Source of the DNA: Nanobdellati archaeon
GTDB lineage: Archaea; EX4484-52; GLR71
Length of the DNA stretch: 12,179 nucleotides
Assembly (NCBI GenBank): GCA_019429005.1
Contig: JAHYJR010000004.1
Span: 65,421 to 77,599 of the forward strand
Direction of reading: 5' to 3'
The position numbers and the translations under genes were made by a program. The notes beneath the pieces are model-generated. The model did no database searches. It worked only from the letters and a program-made list of their open reading frames with translations, and had not been told where the DNA came from. Every line of letters starts with the position of its first letter. Positions within the stretch are counted from its first letter, which is position 1. Positions 1-9,791 of the stretch are shown one piece after another.

Positions 1-51
1 TTCATAAATATCTAAATTACTGATAAATCCAACCCAAGACACAAAATAATA

Positions 52-699
52 TTATAAACCTAACATTGACATCCTTTCAATTGCGGTTAATGACTCAACT
101 GAATTATTATAACTAGATAAGATTTCTTTTTGATTTGTCATCGTCTTTAAAAGTTCTTTTTCAAGTTCATTTGAAACATCTCTTACATATTCCTGTTCAT
201 GTACTAACAATTTTTTACTTAATGAAAAATCAATAAAATGAAGTAAAGTATCATATAACTTAGATATTTCTGAAATATCAGAATCGTTTAAAAGAGGATT
301 TAAATTGATATTTGAATTAAGAATATCGTTTGATACAGATGATAAGTTCTCAAGACGTTTATTAATTCCTAAAAAAAGAGATGACATACTTTTAGGGATA
401 ACATTTATCTTAACAGATTCAGGAATACAATCAATAAAATTATCTAAATATTCTTCAGAATTAGATGATATAAAAAGAATGTTTTTAAGGTCATCATAAT
501 CTAATTTAAGTTGTGGTTTTCCAAAAAGATCAGAATAAATTTTTGATTTATTATATTCTAATTTAAAAGCTTTAACACCTGCACTAAAATTATATGAGTC
601 AACATATTTGCTCGAATATGTATCAACAATATCAAGATATGTTGAAGGCGTCATCTTTATACTAAAACACTTAACCTTTTGAAAATCCTGTTTTGACAT
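52..699 (-). CDS. Hypothetical protein (215 aa), possibly with a coiled-coil C-terminus
   Basis: Long ATG-initiated ORF with protein-like composition, co-oriented with the RNase H gene. No recognisable motif. Confidence 0.75.
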   Translation of the reverse strand: MSKQDFQKVKCFSIKMTPSTYLDIVDTYSSKYVDSYNFSAGVKAFKLEYNKSKIYSDLFGKPQLKLDYDDLKNILFISSNSEEYLDNFIDCIPESVKINVIPKSMSSLFLGINKRLENLSSVSNDILNSNINLNPLLNDSDISEISKLYDTLLHFIDFSLSKKLLVHEQEYVRDVSNELEKELLKTMTNQKEILSSYNNSVESLTAIERMSMLGL

Positions 700-805
700 A
701 AGATAATATTTAATAATTGATATGAAATAGACACTTAAACACCGTCAGTAATAAATTTAATTTGAAAGACCACCTATTGAAGTAAATAAAAGAAAATAGA
801 TTAAT

Positions 806-1723
806 CTAAAGAAATTCTTTTACATTTCTAAATTTTGTTTTTGCAAATTGATTAAAATCAATACCTTTATCTTTACACATCTTCAGTGCATGCTTTACAT
901 GTGTACTTCCCAAAGGAAGCTTAAAACCAATTTCTTTTGAAAGAGACTCAATTTGCATCAATGCAAAATATCTTGCAATAATTGATGCTGCTGCAACTTC
1001 AATATATACAGATTCGGCACGAGTTATTGATATAATACCTTTTAACTTAATGTTACAACCAGGATATTTATCTATAACAATCGAATCTGCAGGTAAAAGA
1101 GTTGATAACACTTTTGTATGCATCTGATTTAAAAGAATTGTCTGACTAGAATACAGATTATACATAACGGGTGTACGTTCTTCAACTGAAAAATTATCAG
1201 TTCCAAGTAATTCCATAATCTCTTTTGCAAGTGACATTATTTGAATAGTTGAAAGTTTTTTTGAATCTTTTACGCCGAGATATTTAAGTTTAGAACGTAA
1301 AACGTTATCAGCTTTAACAGATGCAACAATAAGTCCTCCAAACGTATCACCTTTAAGACTTTCATCTGAACCTACGCGCACACAATCAGAATCCTTAATA
1401 AGTGGTTTAGTTTCAACATTACTTATTTTTAAAACAGATTTTTTCATAAATTTATTCAAACTCATATTTTGATTCATATTAATATCCCCATTTGTATATT
1501 TATTTTTATCAATATCTAAAATTTTATTATTTGAAACTATGTTTTTTGAAATCAAATTATGTATAAGTTCAGAATCTCGATTTTCTCCCTGAATAAGACA
1601 TTTTCCTGATGAATAAAGCACAACAGTACAAAAACCCCTAAGACGACGCTCTTCATACTGAGTTTTTGGTATAATATCAATAAAACCATGCTCAAGAAGA
1701 ATATCTAATTCAGAATATTTCAT
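806..1723 (-). CDS. rnhC: Ribonuclease HIII-type (type 2 RNase H with N-terminal TBP-like domain)
   Basis: Catalytic motifs VGSDESLKGDTFGGL, GVKDSKKL, IVIDKY and AES..IEVAAASIIAR. N-terminal TVVLYSSGKCLIQG resembles the RNase HIII TBP-like domain. Start moved to ATG 1723 because the ORF-track start runs through the TATA element and overlaps the divergent ORF. Confidence 0.85.
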   Translation of the reverse strand: MKYSELDILLEHGFIDIIPKTQYEERRLRGFCTVVLYSSGKCLIQGENRDSELIHNLISKNIVSNNKILDIDKNKYTNGDINMNQNMSLNKFMKKSVLKISNVETKPLIKDSDCVRVGSDESLKGDTFGGLIVASVKADNVLRSKLKYLGVKDSKKLSTIQIMSLAKEIMELLGTDNFSVEERTPVMYNLYSSQTILLNQMHTKVLSTLLPADSIVIDKYPGCNIKLKGIISITRAESVYIEVAAASIIARYFALMQIESLSKEIGFKLPLGSTHVKHALKMCKDKGIDFNQFAKTKFRNVKEFL

Positions 1724-1762
1724 TTTAATTGCCACACTCTCAATTATATTTAGATAACGTAA

Positions 1763-1776
1763 TTTATATATATAAA
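1763..1776. promoter_or_regulatory. Palindromic bidirectional TATA box (TTTATATATATAAA) between divergent genes
   Basis: Perfect 14-bp palindrome lying between ATG 1723 (-) and ATG 1807 (+). Confidence 0.6.
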
Positions 1777-1806
1777 CCAGAACCAAACTCTATTAAGGTT
1801 ATAATT

Positions 1807-2238
1807 ATGACATATAATTTATTTGATTTATTTCGTAAGAAAAAAGTAAATACAGAACAAGATACTTTAGAAAGTTTAAATAAAACATCTTGTGAAAATA
1901 TTGATGAAAATCAAAATAAAAGAGAAAATGAGGTAAAGGACATCAAACAACTCACATCAGAAATTGATATCATTATCAATACTCTTGAAAAAGATCTCAA
2001 TGAAAAAAAAGATATTAATAAAATTAATAAAATGGATATTAAAGAGATTAATCAAAAAGAATTAAAAACGATTGAAAATAAAAATACGGATAAAGAGCTC
2101 AAAACTAAATTAAATGATAAACCTAAAACGGATAATATAAAAATAATTAAAAAAACGCCACAACAATCATCTGAGATAAAAAACACGAAAAAAACAAAAA
2201 AAAATATAATATCAGTATTATTTAAAGAAAAAAAATAG
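1807..2238 (+). CDS. Lys/Asn/Glu-rich low-complexity hypothetical protein (143 aa)
   Basis: ATG at 1807 downstream of the TATA element. The frame stays open for 432 bp in very AT-rich DNA. Confidence 0.65.
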   Translation: MTYNLFDLFRKKKVNTEQDTLESLNKTSCENIDENQNKRENEVKDIKQLTSEIDIIINTLEKDLNEKKDINKINKMDIKEINQKELKTIENKNTDKELKTKLNDKPKTDNIKIIKKTPQQSSEIKNTKKTKKNIISVLFKEKK

Positions 2239-2381
2239 AATCACAATTTAAATAAAAACGTAAAAATAGGTTTTTAATAATACAAAATAATCTGTAAAAT
2301 ATAATTAAAAATACTATAATACATTAATTCTTAACAATTATTAAGCAATAGAGATTTAAAACTGTGCTAATAAAAATAAGT

Positions 2382-2918
2382 ATGTTTGATAAGGACCTTT
2401 GTTTAAAAATGAGACAACAAGGATATGCAATTGAAGATATAGCACGAAAATGTAAAGCACTTGATACTGAAGTATATGATTTCTTAAAAAGTAGTTTAGG
2501 AGATAAATTCCTTGAACTTAATTTAAATTTTGATGAGAACGAAATAAGAGTTCAAGACATTTTATTTAGCAGATTAGGTGAACTAGTATCTGAATATTAT
2601 CCAGATTATAAATTCCCAGTTACAAAAGAAAAATACTTAATAATAACAAAAGATGTTATTGGTACAAATAATATTGGTATAAATATTAGGGCAACATATT
2701 ACGATTCTGTTATAAAAAGTCTTTGGGTTTATAAAAAATATAATCTTAAAGTCGATAAATTATACATTATAATAGTATCAAGAAGATTAACTGGTGAAAA
2801 AATAAAAGCAATGCAAGAAAACGAAAATAAACCCGAAAATGTAATCCTCATTGATTACAGAAACAAAGAAGATATAATTGCATTCTATAATAAGTTATGG
2901 GCTAAATTAAAAGCCTAA
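2382..2918 (+). CDS. Hypothetical protein with N-terminal helix-turn-helix and possible degenerate restriction-endonuclease-like C-terminal domain
   Basis: MRQQGYAIEDIARKCKALDTEVYDFL is an HTH pattern. The C-terminal region shows alternating alpha/beta segments. First ATG is at 2382. Confidence 0.7.
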   Translation: MFDKDLCLKMRQQGYAIEDIARKCKALDTEVYDFLKSSLGDKFLELNLNFDENEIRVQDILFSRLGELVSEYYPDYKFPVTKEKYLIITKDVIGTNNIGINIRATYYDSVIKSLWVYKKYNLKVDKLYIIIVSRRLTGEKIKAMQENENKPENVILIDYRNKEDIIAFYNKLWAKLKA

Positions 2919-2922
2919 TTTA

Positions 2923-2938
2923 ATTTTTTATAAAAAAT
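2923..2938. terminator. Putative bidirectional oligo-T terminator (ATTTTTTATAAAAAAT)
   Basis: Perfect 16-bp palindrome that presents T6 on both strands, located between convergent genes. Confidence 0.4.
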
Positions 2939-3059
2939 AATCTTAATAGTAATTTTTTATTTAACTAAATTTTAAGATCATGTTAAGATTCTTAAAAAAA
3001 ATAGTTATTATCTTACGATAATAATATTAAATACAACCAGATTAAGTATATATAGATTC

Positions 3060-3860
3060 TTAAGATTCCCACATCATATTAAATGTACTATTTGCAAAAT
3101 TATTTGCAAAATGTGGTGATGCACTCCAGAAAGATACTTCTTGACTTGGATGTGTTACAGAATCATCTGTAAGACCTAAAACAACATGATTACCATCAAT
3201 AATTGCCATTTTACCAATAGGTGAACCGTCAGAAACATTCAAATCTTTTAAATCAACAAATTCTTTCAAAGATTTAATCTCATCTTTATTTGATTCGCTA
3301 TGAGGTGCAAGAAGTCTTATTTTTATTCCATTATCTTTAGCTTTTCTTAAAATAGATGCATGTTTTGAAAAAAGATCTTTTACACCAGTTTCTGTTGTAA
3401 CTAAATCAATCGTTTTTGAAGCACCCTTAAATAAATTTGAAATATGAAGATTTACAGAATGTTCTCCTTTAAATGAACCTGAAAGATCCGATAAATTCAC
3501 AAGAGACATACCTTTACTATAAAGATTATCAAGTTCTCCCAAGGAATTACTTTTACTAAATTTGTCTATTCTTAATAAATCTAAACTAAAAGTGTTTTTA
3601 AGCACATTTTTTGATTTATTAAGTGCTTCAGATGGTGCAACTGCAATGTATTTAAGAGGTTTTGAATTTTGTATTATAACAAATCCTTTTTCTGAAAGAC
3701 TTTCAAGAACATCATATGCACGGGATCTTGGAACAGACGCAAGTTCACTTAATTCACCTACTGTTGCTGTACTTCTTGCTATAAGAGAAACATAAAGTTT
3801 ACGCTCATAAAGATTTAAGCCAATAGACTTTAAACCATCAAATGCTTCTTGGCTAATCAT
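3060..3860 (-). CDS. TrmB-family transcriptional regulator
   Basis: LKSIGLNLYERKLYVSL...TVGELSELASVPRSRAYDVLESLSEKGFV...KPLKYIAVAP is the TrmB winged HTH. The C-terminal effector domain has a PLD-like pattern (GIKIRLL, KMAIIDG). ATG 3860 is preceded by a GTGAT SD. Confidence 0.92.
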   Translation of the reverse strand: MISQEAFDGLKSIGLNLYERKLYVSLIARSTATVGELSELASVPRSRAYDVLESLSEKGFVIIQNSKPLKYIAVAPSEALNKSKNVLKNTFSLDLLRIDKFSKSNSLGELDNLYSKGMSLVNLSDLSGSFKGEHSVNLHISNLFKGASKTIDLVTTETGVKDLFSKHASILRKAKDNGIKIRLLAPHSESNKDEIKSLKEFVDLKDLNVSDGSPIGKMAIIDGNHVVLGLTDDSVTHPSQEVSFWSASPHFANNFANSTFNMMWES

Positions 3861-3885
3861 AATAATCACGATATATATATATATA

Positions 3886-3918
3886 TTATACTTATTCAGA
3901 GTAGTATAAATAGGTTTC
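3886..3918 (-). promoter_or_regulatory. BRE/TATA promoter of the TrmB gene overlapped by inverted repeat TTATACT-N10-AGTATAA
   Basis: Minus strand reads GAAACC-TATTTATA. Inverted-repeat arms are at 3886-3892 and 3903-3909. Confidence 0.5.
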
Positions 3919-4042
3919 TATAAACTCTTAGATTTTACCGCAAGACAGTAAAAAATAGATACAAATTACAACATTTATAATTTAACTGAGTTTATATTTT
4001 GTGACATTTAATTATATAAAGATTTCTATTGCAATTGAATAT

Positions 4043-6022
4043 TTAACGATTTCCACGTTGCTCGATAAATAAAGATGAGACTTTATTAATATCAGAGATA
4101 TCTTCAGGAGATCTATCAGATCTCAATACTACAAGCCGTGGAAACCTAAGTGCAAAACCAGATGTATATGTTGTTGATTTTTGTACCTCTTCATATGCAA
4201 CTTCTACAACAACAGATGGTTTAAATGTAACTTTTTTTCCTTCCTCCTTTAGAACTAAAGGTGTTAACAATTCTGTCAGTTCTTTGAAAGATGTTTTATC
4301 AGTTTCAAGTTTTTCATTTATACCAGTACCCATCTTTCCAATTGATAAGAATTCACCTGTATCTACATCATGACATGCAAGCTCAAAACTACTAAACCAT
4401 GCAGACCTTTTACCTTCACCATATTCCGCACTAATAATTACAAGATCAAGTGTTTCCATTATAGGCTTTATTTTAACACCATAACCAATACGGCTTCCTG
4501 GTTTGTATGGTGCCTCAAGATTTTTCATCATAATCCCTTCATTACCAAGTGCAAGTGCGTTCTCATAAAATTTATTAGTTTCATCAACAGAAGATGTAAT
4601 CATTTGAGTTGCAAAAAGTACCTTATTTGGAATTTCAGTTATAATAGATTCAATCAGTTTCCTACGATTCATAAAAGGCATATCTAACAAACTTACATTG
4701 CCAATCTTCAAAGCATCAAATATGTTAACAATAACAGGGATTTCTTTAGACATCGCAACAATATCATATTTCCGCCGTATCCGTCTTGAAACATTTTGAA
4801 ACGAAAGCCATTTACCCGTATTAGGATCAAAACCAATTACTTCTGCATCTAAAATATAATTTTTACAAGAAGTTGCAGACATAATAGCTTCAACAACATC
4901 AGGAAATTGTTCAGTAACATCATCTAAACGTCTTGTAAAAAGCTTTATTACACCATCATGACAATGAAGCTGCATCCTAAAACCATCATATTTATACTCT
5001 AAAGCGGCAGGTTTTCCAACAGTATTAAACGCATCATCAAAACCTTTTGCTTTCGTATAAAGCATTACTTTAATAGGTCGTAAAGGATCAATATTTAAGT
5101 TTTTAAGTCCGATGAGACCTTCCATTGCAGAAACAGTACAGACTTTTGAAAAATCATTAGTAATACTATGTGCACGTTCAATAACACTAATAATATTATT
5201 TTTCAAATCATTTCCAAAAAGGGGATTATAAACAAGTACAAAATCAATTCCAGATTCTTTTTTCCATAAAGATAAGGATTCTATTTTATCTTTTTCAAGA
5301 ACATATACAGTATTTGAACCCTCAAAAATAGAAAATAATTTATCATATTTTTCAGTGAGGATTTTTTGAAATTTAGCATCAACTACAATGTGTTTACCTG
5401 TAGTGTTTTCTAAAAAAGTATTAATACGTTTTTCAGTTCCACCATTTTGTTGAAGTAAAGCATACCATAACACAGAGGAAAAGAATGCTTTTGCGATAGC
5501 ATCACGCATTATACCTTCAGCAACACCTATACGCAGTTCACCTATAACCGTACGCACAATATAACGTGCTTCAATAGGTTTTGCAGACACTAAAAGTTCT
5601 GAAATTTGAAGTATTTTTTTTTCTTGTGAACGATTTCCACTAAATTTAGGTATGTTTTTAAAATTTGAAAAGACCTTATCCATTGAAAGCGAAATACGAC
5701 CAAACAACGTTTTTTGCTTATTTTCACTACATAATTTTTCAGCAACAAGTCCAAGATCACCTAACTGTTTCCAATCTTCAACAATTAAATCTGAAGATAT
5801 ACCATAAGCTTTAGATATAGCTTTTACAATAATCTGGGATGCAACACCAAGTTCTTCATTTGACCATTCGGGAAAAACACGACCCATAGAAAGAAGTGTT
5901 AAAATATCAAGGTCATCATAATTAGAAGATTCTAATAAATCTGAAAGTATCTCAGCTTTTTTTATTTTTAATGTTGTTGATTCAAGAGAATCATAACATT
6001 CTGCAAGTTTAAGATATTTCAT
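4043..6022 (-). CDS. lig: ATP-dependent DNA ligase (archaeal type)
   Basis: Motif I EYKYDGFR, motif III ILDAEV, motif IV EGIMMK, motif V VKIK, OB-fold ALRFPRL. N-terminal DNA-binding domain contains LRIGVAEG. Confidence 0.97.
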   Translation of the reverse strand: MKYLKLAECYDSLESTTLKIKKAEILSDLLESSNYDDLDILTLLSMGRVFPEWSNEELGVASQIIVKAISKAYGISSDLIVEDWKQLGDLGLVAEKLCSENKQKTLFGRISLSMDKVFSNFKNIPKFSGNRSQEKKILQISELLVSAKPIEARYIVRTVIGELRIGVAEGIMRDAIAKAFFSSVLWYALLQQNGGTEKRINTFLENTTGKHIVVDAKFQKILTEKYDKLFSIFEGSNTVYVLEKDKIESLSLWKKESGIDFVLVYNPLFGNDLKNNIISVIERAHSITNDFSKVCTVSAMEGLIGLKNLNIDPLRPIKVMLYTKAKGFDDAFNTVGKPAALEYKYDGFRMQLHCHDGVIKLFTRRLDDVTEQFPDVVEAIMSATSCKNYILDAEVIGFDPNTGKWLSFQNVSRRIRRKYDIVAMSKEIPVIVNIFDALKIGNVSLLDMPFMNRRKLIESIITEIPNKVLFATQMITSSVDETNKFYENALALGNEGIMMKNLEAPYKPGSRIGYGVKIKPIMETLDLVIISAEYGEGKRSAWFSSFELACHDVDTGEFLSIGKMGTGINEKLETDKTSFKELTELLTPLVLKEEGKKVTFKPSVVVEVAYEEVQKSTTYTSGFALRFPRLVVLRSDRSPEDISDINKVSSLFIEQRGNR

Positions 6023-6109
6023 AATAAGTATTTTATGAGGAATAAATATAAATTATTGTGAAATTAGTGATTTACAAAAAAAATATTTAAAAAATGGATA
6101 GTCTATTTA

Positions 6110-7480
<1,371 letters not shown>

Positions 7481-7565
7481 ATAGATCACATAATAATAAT
7501 TTTTAATATAAATAAACCGTAACAGATATATACTATATCTATATTAAATAATAGCACAATATAGC

Positions 7566-7580
7566 TTATAAATATTTCGG
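7566..7580 (-). promoter_or_regulatory. BRE-TATA promoter for the downstream ftsZ copy
   Basis: Minus strand CCGAAATATTTATAA matches the archaeal BRE+TATA pattern, about 90 nt upstream of the ATG. Confidence 0.6.
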
Positions 7581-7590
7581 TTTTTTAAAG

Positions 7591-7626
7591 AAAAATGAAA
7601 AAAGGAGGAATTGGGCAAAAGCCCAA
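7591..7626 (-). terminator. Hairpin plus oligo-T terminator after the upstream ftsZ copy
   Basis: TTGGGC-TTTT-GCCCAA immediately after the TGA stop, followed by TTCCTCCTTTTTTCATTTTT. Confidence 0.65.
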
Positions 7627-7627
7627 A

Positions 7628-8758
7628 TCAACGCATAACTTTGATACCAAGAGTATCTCTCAAACTTGTAACTTCTGCCCTACTAGATTTATCTATAGAA
7701 GGACCAACAATATACTCTGAAGTGACACCAGTTATTATCGTGATAACCCTAATCATACCTTGAAGCGTATTATCAATTCTGGCACCCCAAATTGTCTGTG
7801 CATTAGAATCTAAATGTTTTGATACAAATTCACCAATCTCATTGATCTCATTCAATTTCATATCAGGTCCACCAGTTATATGTATAAGTGCACCAGTTGC
7901 ACCTTTAAAATCAACATCTAAAAGGGGATTAGACATAGCTTCCTCAACAGCTTCCCTAGCTCTTGAAGCACTTTTAGATTCACCTACACCAACTACAGCA
8001 AGACCACCATTACACATGATAGATTGCACATCAGCATAATCAAGATTTACAAGAGAAGGTGTTGATATTGTCTCAGTAATACCTTTTATCATTGTCATTA
8101 CAATCTCATCTGCAACAGCAAATGCCTGATTAAGAGGAAGTTCTCCTGCAATTTCAAGAAGTTTATCATTTTCAATAACTATAACAGTATCACAATTTTG
8201 TTTTAATTTAGCAAGCCCTTCTTCAGCTTTTGATATACGGCCACCTTCTATTTTGAAAGGCATTGTAACAACAGCAATAACGATAGAACCTTGAGCTTTT
8301 GCAAGCTTTGCAACAACAGGAGCAGAGCCAGTTCCAGTTCCACCACCCAATCCAGCAACTATAAATACGAGATCATTTCCAGATAATGCACTTTTTAATT
8401 CGTTTGAAGATTCTTCTGCAGCATCTTTACCAACAGTAGGATAACCACCAGCACCAAGACCTCGTGTTATATCACGACCTAAAAGTATCTTCTTATCAGC
8501 ATTAACTGAATTAAGATGTACTTTATCAGTATTTATTACGATTGTTGTAGCACCATCAATACCCATCTGCTGTAACCTATTCACGCCATTATTACCAGCA
8601 CCACCACAGCCGATAACACAGATTTTTGCATCTTTTACATCTACAAAATCACAATTATCTATTGTCCCCTGAAAATCTCCTTGGATTGCTTCAGGATTTT
8701 TTATAGAACCGCCCATTTGAGCGGATTCCATAGCAACATTTTCAAAAATATGTTTCAA
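7628..8758 (-). CDS. ftsZ: Cell division protein FtsZ (FtsZ2-type), normal length, TTG start
   Basis: [23 protein letters not shown] and PLLDVDFKGATGALIHITGGPD. GGAGG SD at 8769-8773 lies upstream of the TTG. Confidence 0.96.
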   Translation of the reverse strand: MKHIFENVAMESAQMGGSIKNPEAIQGDFQGTIDNCDFVDVKDAKICVIGCGGAGNNGVNRLQQMGIDGATTIVINTDKVHLNSVNADKKILLGRDITRGLGAGGYPTVGKDAAEESSNELKSALSGNDLVFIVAGLGGGTGTGSAPVVAKLAKAQGSIVIAVVTMPFKIEGGRISKAEEGLAKLKQNCDTVIVIENDKLLEIAGELPLNQAFAVADEIVMTMIKGITETISTPSLVNLDYADVQSIMCNGGLAVVGVGESKSASRAREAVEEAMSNPLLDVDFKGATGALIHITGGPDMKLNEINEIGEFVSKHLDSNAQTIWGARIDNTLQGMIRVITIITGVTSEYIVGPSIDKSSRAEVTSLRDTLGIKVMR

Positions 8759-9297
8759 TTAAATCATTCCTCCATTATAATTTTTGCGAATTACGCGAAT
8801 AGTTATATACAATTGTATAAAATTATATTTATATAGTTATATATCCACCAATATATAATATACATTATATATATTCCACTACCGAAACATATAATTGTAT
8901 AGTCGGGCAATTCATTTATTACGAGATGTTTGCCCAATATCTTGGAAAAGTAATATTATAAATACTAAAAGAATGAGTACAATACACACACACAAATTAA
9001 GTTCAATATTTAAACATTAGCCCAATAATGATTATTCCCCAATAATCAATTATTTTATGTTTAAACGAAATTTAAGTTTAAGTTCTACTAGTTTTTATTT
9101 TGTTTATATCTTATATATAGATTATTATTCAAGTAAATAGATATCTTAATATATAAGATTTAGAAATGATTTGATTAAACCCTAAAATTAAGTACCCATT
9201 ATAATTCAAAACAAACAAATTCAAAATAAAACGAATTCTTAGAAGCCATTATTATTCATAAATAATATATTTAATAATTATAAATAACTGTATCAGA

Positions 9298-9343
9298 ATA
9301 ATAAGTACAAATCTAAAAAAATAATAAGTACAAATCTAAAAAA
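9298..9343 (+). repeat. Perfect 23-bp tandem duplication (ATAATAAGTACAAATCTAAAAAA x2)
   Basis: Copies at 9298-9320 and 9321-9343. Confidence 0.9.
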
Positions 9344-9448
9344 ATGAACTATAGGAGAATATTAAATAAATACTATAAACACTAAATTAAAACAAAAAAT
9401 ACGAATATTTAAATAAATTATAACCAAAATTAAAATCAAGTGATTCAA

Positions 9449-9724
9449 ATGATAGATATAGACAAGATCTCAAAAATTGCAAGGATTACACTTTCTGAAA
9501 AAGAAAAAGAAAACTTTTCAAAAGATCTTGAAGATGTACTTTTATGGCTTAAAGATTTAGATAAAATCAAAGTTACAAAAGATATAGAACCCACATTCCA
9601 ACCGATAGAAACCAAAAATGTGACTAGAGAGGATATAGTAGAACCAAGCCTTGAACAAGAACTTGCACTTTCTAATACTGAAAATAAAGAAAATGGTTAT
9701 TTTAAAGGCCCTCAATCAATGTAA
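9449..9724 (+). CDS. gatC: Asp-tRNA(Asn)/Glu-tRNA(Gln) amidotransferase subunit C
   Basis: IDKISKIARITL...NVTREDIV...ALSN...ENGYFKGP pattern, directly upstream of gatA. The GTG at 9440 is part of the GTGAT SD, so ATG 9449 is used as start. Confidence 0.92.
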   Translation: MIDIDKISKIARITLSEKEKENFSKDLEDVLLWLKDLDKIKVTKDIEPTFQPIETKNVTREDIVEPSLEQELALSNTENKENGYFKGPQSM

Positions 9725-9791
9725 GTTTTAAATTACAACAATATAAATAAACTATAATAAGTACAATAATAATTACAATACAGGTTTTAAT

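Noticed and set aside
1-5. Possible ATG of a further minus-strand gene leaving the left edge
   Set aside because: Only 5 nt are visible, so it cannot be supported.
305-499. 64-aa plus-strand ORF
   Set aside because: Antisense shadow inside the longer 215-aa ORF.
3090-3112. Repeated ATTTGCAAAAT element
   Set aside because: Lies inside trmB and is explained by the encoded FANNFAN peptide.
3562-3795. 77-aa plus-strand ORF
   Set aside because: Antisense to the conserved TrmB HTH region.
4370-4687. 105-aa plus-strand ORF
   Set aside because: Antisense to ligase catalytic motifs, with an atypical composition.
5195-5482. Intein interpretation of the ligase insertion
   Set aside because: No splice-junction residues or intein block motifs, and shorter than typical mini-inteins.
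7842-8039. 65-aa plus-strand ORF
   Set aside because: Antisense shadow of ftsZ.
8759-9448. Replication origin or structured RNA gene in the long AT-rich intergenic region
   Set aside because: No ORB-like G-string repeats, no adjacent cdc6/orc1, and no GC-rich stems typical of tRNA, SRP or RNase P RNA.
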